Source: Candidatus Methanophagales archaeon (GTDB lineage: Archaea > Halobacteriota > Syntropharchaeia > Alkanophagales > Methanospirareceae). From it: DNA of 64,000 bases. Each line of letters opens with the position of its first letter. The stretch's first letter is position 1. Position numbers and translations under genes: made by a program. Positions 18,974 through 28,816 of this stretch are shown piece by piece. A model generated the notes under the pieces. That model saw only the letters and a list, made by a program, of their open reading frames with translations. It was not told the origin of the DNA and did not search any database. The stretch lies in assembly GCA_017883965.1 (NCBI GenBank), contig JAFNKG010000005.1, positions 194 to 64,193 of the forward strand, given 5' to 3'.

Positions 18974-18987
18974 GTGTCACCGGTGTC
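18974..18987 (+). promoter_or_regulatory. GTGTCAC-cg-GTGTC motif upstream of the first large antiporter subunit
   Basis: The sequence is gtgtcaccggtgtc. It shares its heptamer with the sites at 31968, 35487 and 43008. Confidence 0.3.
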
Positions 18988-19106
18988 TCGTCAGAGATAA
19001 ATGGGGAGTTTTATATCTAATGGTTTTTTATTCTATAAATGTAGAACTTTTTAGTCCTCTCGGGTGAGAATAGAATGAATAATAAAAAGGAGGAAAGTAA
19101 GGTCTG

Positions 19107-20639
19107 ATGCTGAGTATAGTTGAACAATTTCCTATACTTGTGGTTGCAATATCCTTGCTTTCCGCTTTCACTATTTTGATTGTTGGATGGCTAAACAAGA
19201 AATCTTGCTGTTTCATTTCCATCGCAACCATTCTCGTTCAGCTCGTCATGGCTATTTTTATCCTGGATCATGTCCTGACCAAAGGAACCATACATTACTG
19301 GCTTGGTGGCTGGAAGCCCCCCTGGGGCATAGAATATCTCGTGGATGCCTTGAATGCATACGTATTGGTCATCGTTCTGTTTTTAGGCTTGATATGCGCA
19401 CTACATTCAAAGAGTAGCATAGAACACGAACTGCCTCATAAAAGTGACACTTTTTATACCATTTACCAACTCTTTATAGCTGGATTATGCGGTGTAACCG
19501 TGACCGGCGATATATTTAACATGTATGTGTTCCTCGAGATATTGTCTATATCTGCGTATGCATTAGTAGCTTCGAAAGGAGGAATTGCACTGAGGGCAGG
19601 TTTTACTTACCTCGTAATGGGTTCTATCGGTGCTTGCTTCTTTTTGTTGGGGGTAGGTTTTCTGTATGTGATAACGGGTTCGCTGAACATACATGACCTC
19701 TCGCTTTTATTGCCCCCTTTATACGGAAATAGAGTGGTTCAAGCGGCTTTTATTTTCTTCATCGTGGGATTGGGTATAAAGATGGCTATCTTTCCACTTC
19801 ATACGTGGTTGCCAGATGCACACCCAGCTGCACCCAGTCCAATCTCGGCTATGCTGAGTGGAATCATGATAATGGTTGGACTTTATGCGTTAATTAGAGT
19901 GCTGTTTACACTCTTCCCCTCTTACTACAATTATGGACCCATCTTGCTTATCCTGGGTCTTCTGTCAATGACAGTGGCAAACCTCTTTGCCTTCTTCCAA
20001 AAGGACTTAAAAAGACTTCTCGCTTACTCAAGCATTGTCAATATGGGTATTATAGCCACAGGTGTAGGAGTTGCCGCTTATATTCTCTCAACTGTATCAT
20101 CACCATCAGAGGCTCCTCCAGAGGAGGCTTCTTTAGCCATGGCAGGTGCCTTACTCCATGTTTTGAGTCATGGTGTAGCCAAAGCGATGGCTTTCTTAGG
20201 TTCTGGTAACATTCATTCCAGTATCAATACCAGGGAGCTTGCGAAAATGGGAGGCGTTGGAAGGGACATGCCCTTAACAGGTTACTCGATGTCGGTAGGC
20301 TTGCTCTCATTATTAGGCTTGCCTCCCTTAATTGGTTTTTGGAGTAAATTTCTAATAATAATGTCTGTGGCAATGGCAATTCGATCTGTTGGTGGAGTGG
20401 TAATAATTATGACTTTTTTTCTTCTCTTATTTAATGTTATATATGCTGCTTCATATTATCTCAGAGTGACAAAGGTTTTAATGATGGAAAGCGGGGCTGT
20501 TAGAACCCACGAGGCACCCTTTCCAATGGTATTCTCGGTTGTTGTTTTTGCGCTCTTCTGTATAATAGGGGGTTTATTCCCCATTCCACTCATTAGATTA
20601 GCCGTAAGAGCGTCACTTATAGTTTTAGGAGGTGGATGA
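19107..20639 (+). CDS. NuoN/MrpD-family proton-pumping antiporter-like subunit (set A, D1)
   Basis: 510 aa, about 14 TM helices. Contains WLPDAHPAAPSPISAMLSG and LAYSSIVNMG. It is a paralog of 35555..37063. Confidence 0.8.
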   Translation: MLSIVEQFPILVVAISLLSAFTILIVGWLNKKSCCFISIATILVQLVMAIFILDHVLTKGTIHYWLGGWKPPWGIEYLVDALNAYVLVIVLFLGLICALHSKSSIEHELPHKSDTFYTIYQLFIAGLCGVTVTGDIFNMYVFLEILSISAYALVASKGGIALRAGFTYLVMGSIGACFFLLGVGFLYVITGSLNIHDLSLLLPPLYGNRVVQAAFIFFIVGLGIKMAIFPLHTWLPDAHPAAPSPISAMLSGIMIMVGLYALIRVLFTLFPSYYNYGPILLILGLLSMTVANLFAFFQKDLKRLLAYSSIVNMGIIATGVGVAAYILSTVSSPSEAPPEEASLAMAGALLHVLSHGVAKAMAFLGSGNIHSSINTRELAKMGGVGRDMPLTGYSMSVGLLSLLGLPPLIGFWSKFLIIMSVAMAIRSVGGVVIIMTFFLLLFNVIYAASYYLRVTKVLMMESGAVRTHEAPFPMVFSVVVFALFCIIGGLFPIPLIRLAVRASLIVLGGG

Positions 20640-22200
20640 GTTGGTGATAGTGGAATCCATAAGACCGTTGTTAGCAATTTCATGCCCATTTATTTGTGCT
20701 TTTCTCATATTACTATTTAGAAAGCGACCGAACATAAGAGAGAGCTGCACGATGTTCGCCAGCATATTGCAGTTTTTGATTATCTTTTCTATGGCACCGA
20801 TTATTGTAGAAGGAAATGTAATCGAATGCCCTCTCTTTACTATATTTACTGGACTTGATTTTATATTCAAAGTAGATGCTTTTGGTCTTATTTTCGCTAT
20901 TACTTCTTCCTCCCTGTGGATTCTGGTATCGTCCTACTCCATAGGATATATGAGGTCGCTGCGCGAACACGCCCAAACGCGATACTACGCCTGTTTCGCT
21001 TTAGCCATTTTCGGTGCGGTAGGCATAGCAATGTCCAAGAACCTGATCACAATGTACTTCTTTTATGAGGCATTAACGATAGCAACCTATCCCTTAGTGG
21101 CTCACGATGGCTTACCCGAATGGGGTCACAAGGCAGAGGAGTCTGACAAGGCACGGGAAGCACGATTTGCGGGTCGTAAATACCTAGCTTACTTGCTTAC
21201 TTCTGGTTGGTGTTTCTTTGTTGCGATAGTGTTAACGTTTTACCTTACCGGGACGACTGATTTTGAGAACGGAGGGATTTTAACGGTTGCTTCAGCATCA
21301 CGCGTGACCTTGATGCTGCTATTTGCGCTATTCATGTTGGGCTCCATGAAAGCTGCATGGATGCCTTTTCACTCATGGTTGCCAACGGCAATGGCTGCGC
21401 CAACGCCGGTGAGTGCGCTTTTGCATGCCGTAGCAGTGGTAAAGGCGGGGGTGTTTGTAGTCGTCAGAATAGTCTGTTACATATATGGTGTGGATTTGAT
21501 GAGTGCGCTTGGACTGGGGATAATACTCGCTTGTCTGGCATCTTTCACGATGATAGTTGCCAATTTATTTGCCATTGGAGAAGACAACTTGAAAAGAATG
21601 CTTGCATATTCTACTATAAACCAACTATCTTTTATAATCTTAGGAGTGGCATTATTAAGTCCTATGGGAATAACAGGAGCAATGATTCACATTCCTTTCC
21701 ATGGGTTCATGAAGATAACCCTCTTTCTGTGCGCTGGTGCGATTATGGTGGTAACAGGAAAGAGGAACATAAGTGAGATGGCGGGCATAGGACGAATAAT
21801 GCCGGTAACAATGATGGCATTTACCATAGCCGCATTTGGAATGTGCGGAATTCCACCGATATCAGGTTTTATAACTAAATGGTATATTTGCTTGGGTTCG
21901 ATGCAAGCAGGTGTGGTAGCTTTCTTATTTGTTGCCGTGATATCTTCTTTGCAGGATGTTGTTTATTACTTTCGGGTAATAAGAACTGCATTCTTTGGAA
22001 AACCAGCGGAAACAAATGGAGGAAGCGGAGAAGAAAAGACAAGAAATAAAGAAACAGAACATCCTGTATATCTTTTCATGCTCATTCCATTAGCGATAAC
22101 TGCTATTTTCTCCATCATGTTTTGCTTATTCCCACATGCATTTTATATACTCGACCTTGCGCAAATGGCGGTTAGAGATCTTTTTGGAGGTGTGGTATGA
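20632..22200 (+). CDS. NuoL/M/MrpA/D-family antiporter-like subunit (set A, D2)
   Basis: 522 aa. Contains WLPTAMAAPTPVSALLHAVAVVKAGVFVVVR and KRMLAYSTINQLSFI. Confidence 0.8.
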   Translation: MDELVIVESIRPLLAISCPFICAFLILLFRKRPNIRESCTMFASILQFLIIFSMAPIIVEGNVIECPLFTIFTGLDFIFKVDAFGLIFAITSSSLWILVSSYSIGYMRSLREHAQTRYYACFALAIFGAVGIAMSKNLITMYFFYEALTIATYPLVAHDGLPEWGHKAEESDKAREARFAGRKYLAYLLTSGWCFFVAIVLTFYLTGTTDFENGGILTVASASRVTLMLLFALFMLGSMKAAWMPFHSWLPTAMAAPTPVSALLHAVAVVKAGVFVVVRIVCYIYGVDLMSALGLGIILACLASFTMIVANLFAIGEDNLKRMLAYSTINQLSFIILGVALLSPMGITGAMIHIPFHGFMKITLFLCAGAIMVVTGKRNISEMAGIGRIMPVTMMAFTIAAFGMCGIPPISGFITKWYICLGSMQAGVVAFLFVAVISSLQDVVYYFRVIRTAFFGKPAETNGGSGEEKTRNKETEHPVYLFMLIPLAITAIFSIMFCLFPHAFYILDLAQMAVRDLFGGVV

Positions 22201-22433
22201 TGAAAATAACGTGGAATGTTTTATTCAAGATATACTACATTCTCATGGCTGTGAGTGTCTTGATAGGTTTATTGATGCTTCATTTCCATATGCTTCATTA
22301 TCACTTCCCGTTTCAATGGATACCGGCATTTTTTGCCATTTTTGGATTCTTTGGTTGCGCTCTTTTGATTCTTATAGCCAAAGGAATGGGTCACTGGCTT
22401 ATGAAGGGGGAGGATTATTATGAGAAACGCTAG
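22197..22433 (+). CDS. Small membrane protein with 2 TM helices between antiporter subunits
   Basis: 78 aa. A similarly small, unrelated 2-TM membrane ORF (43767..43994) lies just before the paralogous large subunit in set B. Confidence 0.4.
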   Translation: MMKITWNVLFKIYYILMAVSVLIGLLMLHFHMLHYHFPFQWIPAFFAIFGFFGCALLILIAKGMGHWLMKGEDYYEKR

Positions 22434-22448
22434 GAGGAGGCAGGTAAA

Positions 22449-24299
22449 ATGATTGAATGGATACATCCAGGGATTGTAATTTTGCTTGGCGCTTTCCTGA
22501 TACCAGTTATTAGAAACGAAAAAGTGAAGAAGGCGTACTTCCTTCTGCTCCCCATTATAGGGCTTATAATCCTAATTCTAACATCAATGGGAGTTTTTGG
22601 AATTATTCCTCCTTACCCTGACGCGCTCCATAAATGGCGTATCCCGTTTTTGCATTATACGCTCGAATTAGGAAGGATAGATAAATTGAGCATGATTTTC
22701 GCATACGTATACGTGATTGCTGCGTTTTGCATGAATATATTTGCACTCCGCGTGAAGAAGGATTGGGAGCATGTAGCAGCAATGATCTATGTTGGGAGTT
22801 CGCTTGGAGCAGTTTTCGCTCGTGACCTTTTTACTCTGTATTTCTTTTTGGAGATAATGTCTTTCTCAGCCACATTCCTCGTTTGGTTCCGAGGGACGAA
22901 GACAGCAATGGGTGCTGGATTTAGATATCTTTTTTGGCACCTTTTCAGTGGTGTATGCGTGTTGGCAGGTGCTATCATACATGTGCAAACCACTGGGTCA
23001 ATTGAATTTGTTCATTTCCCCTGGGGATTGGGCTGGGATTATTTTGGCTATTACCTCATACTCCTTGGATTTCTAATAAATTCTGCTTGTACTCCATTCC
23101 ATTCATGGTTGTCTGATGCCTATTCTGAGGCATCTGTTACTGGCGCTATATATATGACCGCATATACTACAAAGACTGGGATATATTGTTTGATAAGAGG
23201 TTTCTCTGGTGTGGAGATTGTTATGTTTATGGGGGCGATAAGTGCCGTGTTTGCACTTTTCCTGGCGGTGCTTGAGAACGATGGAAGAAGACTCTGCTCC
23301 TATCACATCATCTCTCAGCTTGGATACATGGTATGTGGAGTAGGAATAGGAACTCACATGGCAGTAAACGGTGCGGCTTCTCATGCTCTCTGTCATATTA
23401 TCTACAATGCGCTGCTTTACATGGGTGCAAGTACTGTCTTGTCAGTAGCAGGAACGAGCAAATTCAGTGAAACGGGCGGTCTCTACAAATATATGCCCCT
23501 CTCTTGGGCACTTTACATGGTTGGTGGTTTTTCCATTTCCGGATTCCCTCTATTCAATGGATTTGTGAGCAAGTGCATGACTATAGAGGCTGCAGAATTG
23601 ATACATCAACCAATTGTATATTTACTACTTGAAGGAGCTACGGTAGGAACTTTCCTACATACTGGTCTGAAACTTCCCTGGAATATATGGTTTCAAGGGA
23701 GAAAGGAGCCACCAGCAGATATAAAGGCAAAACTAAAAGAGTCGCGTATAAATACGCCTATAAACATGTTAGTTGGCATGGGCATCTTAGCGTTTCTGTG
23801 CATTTTTATTGGTGTATATCCTTATATACTTTATGGCATGCTTCCTCATCCAGTTGAGTTCATTCCTTTCACGCCTACTCGTGTATTTTCAATACTGCAA
23901 CTCTTTCTATTCACATTTCCAGCATTTTGGTTATTAAGAGCATTGGTTCGTGGCATGCCAACATATACAGTTGATTCAGATTGGTTCGGTAGAATACTTG
24001 GTAGTGCGCTTATCTTGTTCTGCGAGAGACAGTTAATGGCATTTGGAGCTTTCATTGACCGTAATGTAATGAGAATGGCAGTTCATTTTCGCTTTCTCAT
24101 ACCAAAGACTCAGCCAGTTGTTGAGGATCCACTGGATAAAGCGTTTCACGAGAGACTTCCTGCTCTTCTAAACTTCGAAAAGACCCATGACAAAATAAAG
24201 CAATTTAAGCTCAGGGAATTGTCGTATAATTTGGTGTATATAATTTTTGCTATGCTACTCCTTCTCCTATATATACTATTTATGGTGGTGATGAAATGA
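22449..24299 (+). CDS. NuoM/MrpD-family antiporter-like subunit with a C-terminal extension (set A, M1)
   Basis: 616 aa. Contains WLSDAYSEASVTGAIYM and LCSYHIISQLGYM. The C-terminal tail ...DPLDKAFHERLP... ends in a transmembrane segment. It is a paralog of 43987..45810. Confidence 0.8.
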   Translation: MIEWIHPGIVILLGAFLIPVIRNEKVKKAYFLLLPIIGLIILILTSMGVFGIIPPYPDALHKWRIPFLHYTLELGRIDKLSMIFAYVYVIAAFCMNIFALRVKKDWEHVAAMIYVGSSLGAVFARDLFTLYFFLEIMSFSATFLVWFRGTKTAMGAGFRYLFWHLFSGVCVLAGAIIHVQTTGSIEFVHFPWGLGWDYFGYYLILLGFLINSACTPFHSWLSDAYSEASVTGAIYMTAYTTKTGIYCLIRGFSGVEIVMFMGAISAVFALFLAVLENDGRRLCSYHIISQLGYMVCGVGIGTHMAVNGAASHALCHIIYNALLYMGASTVLSVAGTSKFSETGGLYKYMPLSWALYMVGGFSISGFPLFNGFVSKCMTIEAAELIHQPIVYLLLEGATVGTFLHTGLKLPWNIWFQGRKEPPADIKAKLKESRINTPINMLVGMGILAFLCIFIGVYPYILYGMLPHPVEFIPFTPTRVFSILQLFLFTFPAFWLLRALVRGMPTYTVDSDWFGRILGSALILFCERQLMAFGAFIDRNVMRMAVHFRFLIPKTQPVVEDPLDKAFHERLPALLNFEKTHDKIKQFKLRELSYNLVYIIFAMLLLLLYILFMVVMK

Positions 24300-25795
24300 T
24301 GATACCCTATATTCTCCTCCAAACAATAGTAGTGCCAGTTATAGCCTCCCTGATCATAATTTTAACCAAATACAAAATAGGAAGAAAATCAGGATGGATA
24401 CCATGTATAACCCTGCTATACACTAATGCTCTTCTCTGCATAGCGGGCATCAGAGTTTATCAGGGTGCAGTAATTAGCGAGGAATACGTGTGGGGACCAT
24501 ATGTGATATTTGGTCTCTTAGCTGACGGTTTGAGTCTACCGGTTGCGTTGATAATAAATATAATATGCACTGCCCTTGCATTTTACTCAATACACTATGT
24601 GGAACACAGAACAGATATAATATATGGAGAAGAGGATGAAAAGACAAAACTTTCCTATTACACCACGTTTTTCTGGCTATACCTCCTCTTTCCCGCAAGT
24701 TTCATCGGTATTTGCTTTGCTGCAAACCTCATAGTAATATATCTTTTTATAGAATTAATGGTTATTCCCCTCTACTTCATAATGAGTTTATTTGGTTATA
24801 TAGAGCGCTTTAGGGTTGCCGTAATGTGTTTCCTATGGGGAATTGTTGGTGGAACATTCGTCTTATTTGGATCTGTATTAGTTTATTCTCAGATAGGAAC
24901 CTTTGAAATCTCGGAGTTACACACCCTTGCCGGGAATCCATTGGTTATTTGGATTGCATTACTTATCCTTCTCGGTTTATTTACTAAGCTGGCAGTATTT
25001 CCCCTTCACGTTTGGATGCCCTGGGTTCACGCAGAGCATCCCACATGCATAGCTGGGTTGCTTGCTATTTATGCGAATATAGGAGCCTATGTGATTGTCA
25101 GGGTTCTCATCTTACCACTCCATAATGATCTCAAAATTTTCAGCATACCTATCATGATAATGGCTATGATAACCATAGTATATGGTGCGCTCCTCACACT
25201 GGCTCAAGATGACGTGAAGCGACTCTGTGCTTGCTCAACTATCGGTCAGATATCATACTCTCTCGTTGGACTGGGAGCACTCACCATCTGGAGTATTGAA
25301 GGCGGAATGTTTTATTTCCTGAGTCATATCCTGGGTAAAGCCATTCTCTTCTCAACTGCAGGTATAGTAGTTTACGTAACGGGAATCAGGGATATGAATA
25401 AGATGGGGGGACTTATACATAAGATGCCAATAGCCGCTACGCTCTGGATATCAGGCTCAATAATTCTCACAGGGGTTCCTCTCTCAAGCGGTTTTACAGG
25501 GAAATGGATACTGTTTACAGGCGTTTTCGGTGCATATCCAACTTCCTTCGGACTGATAATTGCGATTATAGGTATCTTCTCAACCATATTGACGGGAGCA
25601 TATACATTCTGGGCTGCGTATAGAATATTCTTTAAGGGCCCCTTGAAGCCTGAACTATTAAATGATCCTGAGATCAAGGATCCTCCATTAACGATGAGTA
25701 TTCCTCTTCTCATCCTGGCAGTTATATCTATCATCATAGGCTTGTATCCTAAACCCCTCATGGATCTCTTTCACTCTGTGATAGGATTATTATGA
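24296..25795 (+). CDS. NuoN/MrpD-family antiporter-like subunit (set A, N1)
   Basis: 499 aa. Contains VWMPWVHAEHPTCIAGLLA and KRLCACSTIGQISYS. It is a paralog of 39242..40753. Confidence 0.8.
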   Translation: MMIPYILLQTIVVPVIASLIIILTKYKIGRKSGWIPCITLLYTNALLCIAGIRVYQGAVISEEYVWGPYVIFGLLADGLSLPVALIINIICTALAFYSIHYVEHRTDIIYGEEDEKTKLSYYTTFFWLYLLFPASFIGICFAANLIVIYLFIELMVIPLYFIMSLFGYIERFRVAVMCFLWGIVGGTFVLFGSVLVYSQIGTFEISELHTLAGNPLVIWIALLILLGLFTKLAVFPLHVWMPWVHAEHPTCIAGLLAIYANIGAYVIVRVLILPLHNDLKIFSIPIMIMAMITIVYGALLTLAQDDVKRLCACSTIGQISYSLVGLGALTIWSIEGGMFYFLSHILGKAILFSTAGIVVYVTGIRDMNKMGGLIHKMPIAATLWISGSIILTGVPLSSGFTGKWILFTGVFGAYPTSFGLIIAIIGIFSTILTGAYTFWAAYRIFFKGPLKPELLNDPEIKDPPLTMSIPLLILAVISIIIGLYPKPLMDLFHSVIGLL

Positions 25796-25837
25796 GTACA
25801 TCAACAAATAACGAAATGTTTATAAATCGTTCGCTTA

Positions 25838-26126
25838 TATAAAAAGAGAGGAAAAGGAGATGGGAAGTAAATTCAGTAGTGCGGTGAAATGTTTTATTAA
25901 ATGTCCAGTGTGCACAATTAGACTTATGCGGAGTTTTGGTTCGTATGATCAGGGGACAGAGGAATTAATAAAGAAAAGTTGTCCTGAAGTAGACGTGGAG
26001 AGCTTAGGTTATTACTTCGGTATTTTCCAGGCTATTATCTTCGTTGTTCTTTGTGTGATGGCGTATCTATTTTTTTACGCGCTTAAAGTCGTTCTCTTTT
26101 ACCGGGAAATGCTTTTCCCTCCATGA
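25838..26126 (+). repeat. Left copy of an approximately 290 bp direct repeat flanking the HEAT/IS66 block
   Basis: ggagatgggaagtaaattca...aaatgttttattaaatgtccagtg recurs at 28481..28770. Confidence 0.6.
25860..26126 (+). CDS. Small tail-anchored Cys-rich protein (CF.K.PV...R.M / CPEV family)
   Basis: 88 aa. Contains KCFIKCPVCTIRLM...SCPEVDVESLG followed by one TM helix. It belongs to the same family as 43097..43378 and 43432..43704 and the C-terminal tail of 43987..45810. Confidence 0.5.
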   Translation: MGSKFSSAVKCFIKCPVCTIRLMRSFGSYDQGTEELIKKSCPEVDVESLGYYFGIFQAIIFVVLCVMAYLFFYALKVVLFYREMLFPP

Positions 26127-26236
26127 AAACCTTGAGCGTGTTTGATACCCGCCTTTTCCCCGAAGCACATTCCGTAATTGCTCAATATATTGTAAACCTT
26201 CAAATGAGAAAATTATGTCCCAATATTTAATTTAAC

Positions 26237-26944
26237 TTAAAAGCTTTTCTTTATCTTCTCCAAGGCTCCTCTCGCAGCCTCTCGAACATAGCGATCTTCA
26301 TCCTTCAAAGCCTGAATCAAAGACTCTGTCGCTCTTTCATCCTCTATCTCTCCGAGAGCTTCTGCCGCACTCTTTTGAACCTGCCAATCTTCATCCTTCA
26401 AAGCCAGGATTAAAGGCTCTACCGCTCTTTCATCTCTTATCCCTCTAAGAGCTATTGCAGCTCCCCATCGAACAAGCAAACGTTCGTCCTTCAAAGCCTG
26501 AATTAAAGGCTCTACTGCTCTTTCACCCCCTATCCATCTAAGAGCTTGTGCAGCTCCCCATCCAACATAATCATGTTCATCATTCAAAACTTGAATTAAC
26601 GGTTTTACCGCTCTCTTATCTCTTATCTTTCCAAGAGCTAGCGCCGCACTCTTCCGAACACTCCAATCTTCATCCTTCAAAGCCTGAATTAAAGGCTCTA
26701 CTGCTCTTTCATCCTTTATCTCTCCGAGAGCTTCTGCCGCTTTCCATCGAACAAACTCATGTTCATCCTTCAAAGCCCGAATTAAAGGCTCTACCGCTCT
26801 CTTATCTCCTATCTCTCCAAGAGTTTCTGCCCCTATCCATCGAACATACTTATTTCTATTATTTAATGCTTTTATCAGTCCATCAACGTCTTTCTTCTCT
26901 TCCAATTTATATGCTTTGAACATATCAACTATCCCCATCTTCAC
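26237..26944 (-). CDS. HEAT-repeat (PBS-lyase HEAT-like) protein
   Basis: Six or more repeats of [28 protein letters not shown]. Confidence 0.8.
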   Translation of the reverse strand: MKMGIVDMFKAYKLEEKKDVDGLIKALNNRNKYVRWIGAETLGEIGDKRAVEPLIRALKDEHEFVRWKAAEALGEIKDERAVEPLIQALKDEDWSVRKSAALALGKIRDKRAVKPLIQVLNDEHDYVGWGAAQALRWIGGERAVEPLIQALKDERLLVRWGAAIALRGIRDERAVEPLILALKDEDWQVQKSAAEALGEIEDERATESLIQALKDEDRYVREAARGALEKIKKSF

Positions 26945-26953
26945 ACCTTTTTA

Positions 26954-27397
26954 CTATTTCGTAACATTTACTGTCTGGCTAAATATTTGCTGATCGCTCT
27001 TTAAATCTATAATTACCAATTTCCCGACTTTCCCCTCTGTTATGTTTATATCCTTTTCTAATTTAGCTACTTCACCAGGTTCAAACTTCGCAATTACACT
27101 TGATTCAGGCCCATTTAATACTAAAGCACCACCTTCTTCAGTGAGATCCGGAGCAGATATATCAGGTGTCCATATACATTTCGTGTTTGCAAACCATATG
27201 ATATCTCCGCCTTGATGTGTTATTATTAGGTTCTTTGCACTTGCAGATGTTTGTGTGATATGTAAAAGTGGTTGTGGTAGTTTTGGTGGAGCAAACGTTA
27301 TAACAGCTGCAACCGCAATTATCACCCCAATCAGGAAAATAGCGCTACCGATTACTGACCAGTCCACACGAGGGTTTTTTTTAAATGTTTTTTTCAT
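26954..27397 (-). CDS. Membrane-anchored/secreted hypothetical protein
   Basis: 147 aa. The N-terminus has a basic stretch followed by a hydrophobic helix (KKNPRVDWSVIGSAIFLIGVIIAVAAVI), then a beta-rich domain. Confidence 0.45.
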   Translation of the reverse strand: MKKTFKKNPRVDWSVIGSAIFLIGVIIAVAAVITFAPPKLPQPLLHITQTSASAKNLIITHQGGDIIWFANTKCIWTPDISAPDLTEEGGALVLNGPESSVIAKFEPGEVAKLEKDINITEGKVGKLVIIDLKSDQQIFSQTVNVTK

Positions 27398-27839
27398 TTT
27401 TTTCTTTTTATTAGATGTTTTTCTTCATGTTATTTAAATATTTTGATTTTTTGCTGTGTCACATAAATAATAAAATAGGTATCTATCCCATATTCCGCAC
27501 TTTAAAATTTTAAGGATATTGTTTTCTGAAATTTTTATTTCCCTTTTTGTCTTAATTTCACCGCTTTGGAATGATTATCGAATAAGAATTTCGGAAAAGG
27601 ATCTAAAACATCTGAGGAATGTGGTAGAGAAAGTGATAGATAAGCACAAAGAACATTGGTAAAAGTTACCAATAAATATAAGATCATGGAATAGATACAT
27701 AGGAGGGGACGTTTTTTAAAAATCTGCCATGTTTAGCTTTTAAAAGCAAGTTTAAAAATTACGTAATGCATTCAACAATCCCCCTTAACCGAACACATAT
27801 GAAATTCATCCGAATGTACAAATCCTAAGCCAAAAAGCG

Positions 27840-28462
27840 TGGTCCTCCTTTTGGGCACAAAGGGACTTCACGCAAAAAGCCCGAAAGGGTGGATAAAGCA
27901 GTCATCATCCGGTTTGAAGCTTGCCCTCACTGCGGAGGTGAGCTAAAAGAATTGGAGGATGTGGGGATAGATATGTGGAAGAAATAGTCCCTATTCCAAT
28001 CCTCGTTATCAGGTATATCATTAAAGGGGGCTACTGCAAGAAATGTGGCAAGGTTGTTTATCCTGAGGTTCCTGAGACAATCGGAAAACGCTAAAAACCA
28101 GCCAGGACCGGGAGAGGGTATATGCCGAGTTTGTGAAAAGGCTGGAGGAGTTCGTAACGAAGGAGGGGAAATGGAAGCACTACAAAGTGAAAATGCTGGC
28201 GAAGCGTGCTTTTAAGTACAGGAATGAACTCTTCACTTTTATCCTCGTGCCCGGTGTAGAGCCCACGAATAACGTTGCTGAGCGAGCACTCCGACCAAGG
28301 GTGAGGCAAAGGAAGATATGGGGTGCTTTAGAACTGAAAAAGGTGCCAAAAACAGTGATATCGTAATGAGCGTTCTGGAGACAATGAAAAAGCTGGAAAA
28401 AGATCTGCTCATTCATGGTAAGGAATATGTCCTCCGCAAACTTTCTCAAAAAGGTGAATAGA
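27840..28462 (+). mobile_element. Degraded IS66-family transposase (TnpC) remnant, a pseudogene with internal deletion and frame breaks
   Basis: Three fragments in different frames are visible. ACPHCGGELKELEDVG and GYCKKCGKVVYPEV are the zf-IS66 CxxC pairs. The C-terminal fragment contains EPTNNVAERALRPRVRQRKIW, the IS66 DNNxAER...GRKNW motif. Confidence 0.6.
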
Positions 28463-28480
28463 TACTAAATCATAAAGCTT

Positions 28481-28770
28481 TTATATAAAAGGGGGAAAAA
28501 GGATGGGAAGTAAATTCATCAGTGCGCTGAAATGTTTTATTAAATGTCCAGTGGACTCAGCGAGACTCATGCTGACTTCGGGTTACGAATCGAGACCTGT
28601 GGAATCAATAAAGGCGCGTTGTCCCGAAGTAGAAGTGGAGAGTTTTGGTTTTTACGTAGGTCTTTTCATGGGTATTATCTTCGTTGTTCTCTGCGTGATG
28701 GCGTATCTATTTTTTACGCGCTTAAAGTCGTTATCCTGTACCGGGAAATGCTTTTCCCTCCATGAATTCA
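28481..28770 (+). repeat. Right copy of the approximately 290 bp direct repeat
   Basis: Near-identical to 25838..26126 with indels that cause a frameshift. Confidence 0.6.
28503..28765 (+). pseudogene. Frameshifted second copy of the small CPEV tail-anchored protein
   Basis: MGSKFISALKCFIKCPV... is nearly identical at DNA level to 25860..26126. The C-terminus continues in another frame (ORF 28544..28765 ends ...YREMLFPP, as the intact copy does). Confidence 0.5.
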
Positions 28771-28816
28771 AAAAATCGAAATGCTTTTTATTTGTGTATC
28801 TTTTATATTAAAAAAT

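Noticed and set aside
21357-21776. 139-aa plus-strand ORF inside the 522-aa antiporter gene
   Set aside because: It is an alternative frame of a clearly coding membrane-protein gene and has Cys/Trp-rich junk composition.
16019-25795. The antiporter cluster as a membrane-bound hydrogenase (Mbh) or Fpo/complex I operon
   Set aside because: No NuoB/NuoD (NiFe small and large subunit), NuoC, NuoH or NuoI homologs occur anywhere in the window. Only the Mrp-like membrane module is present.
26548-26919. 123-aa ORF on the plus strand
   Set aside because: It is antisense to the HEAT-repeat gene and is generated by the repeat periodicity. It is spurious.
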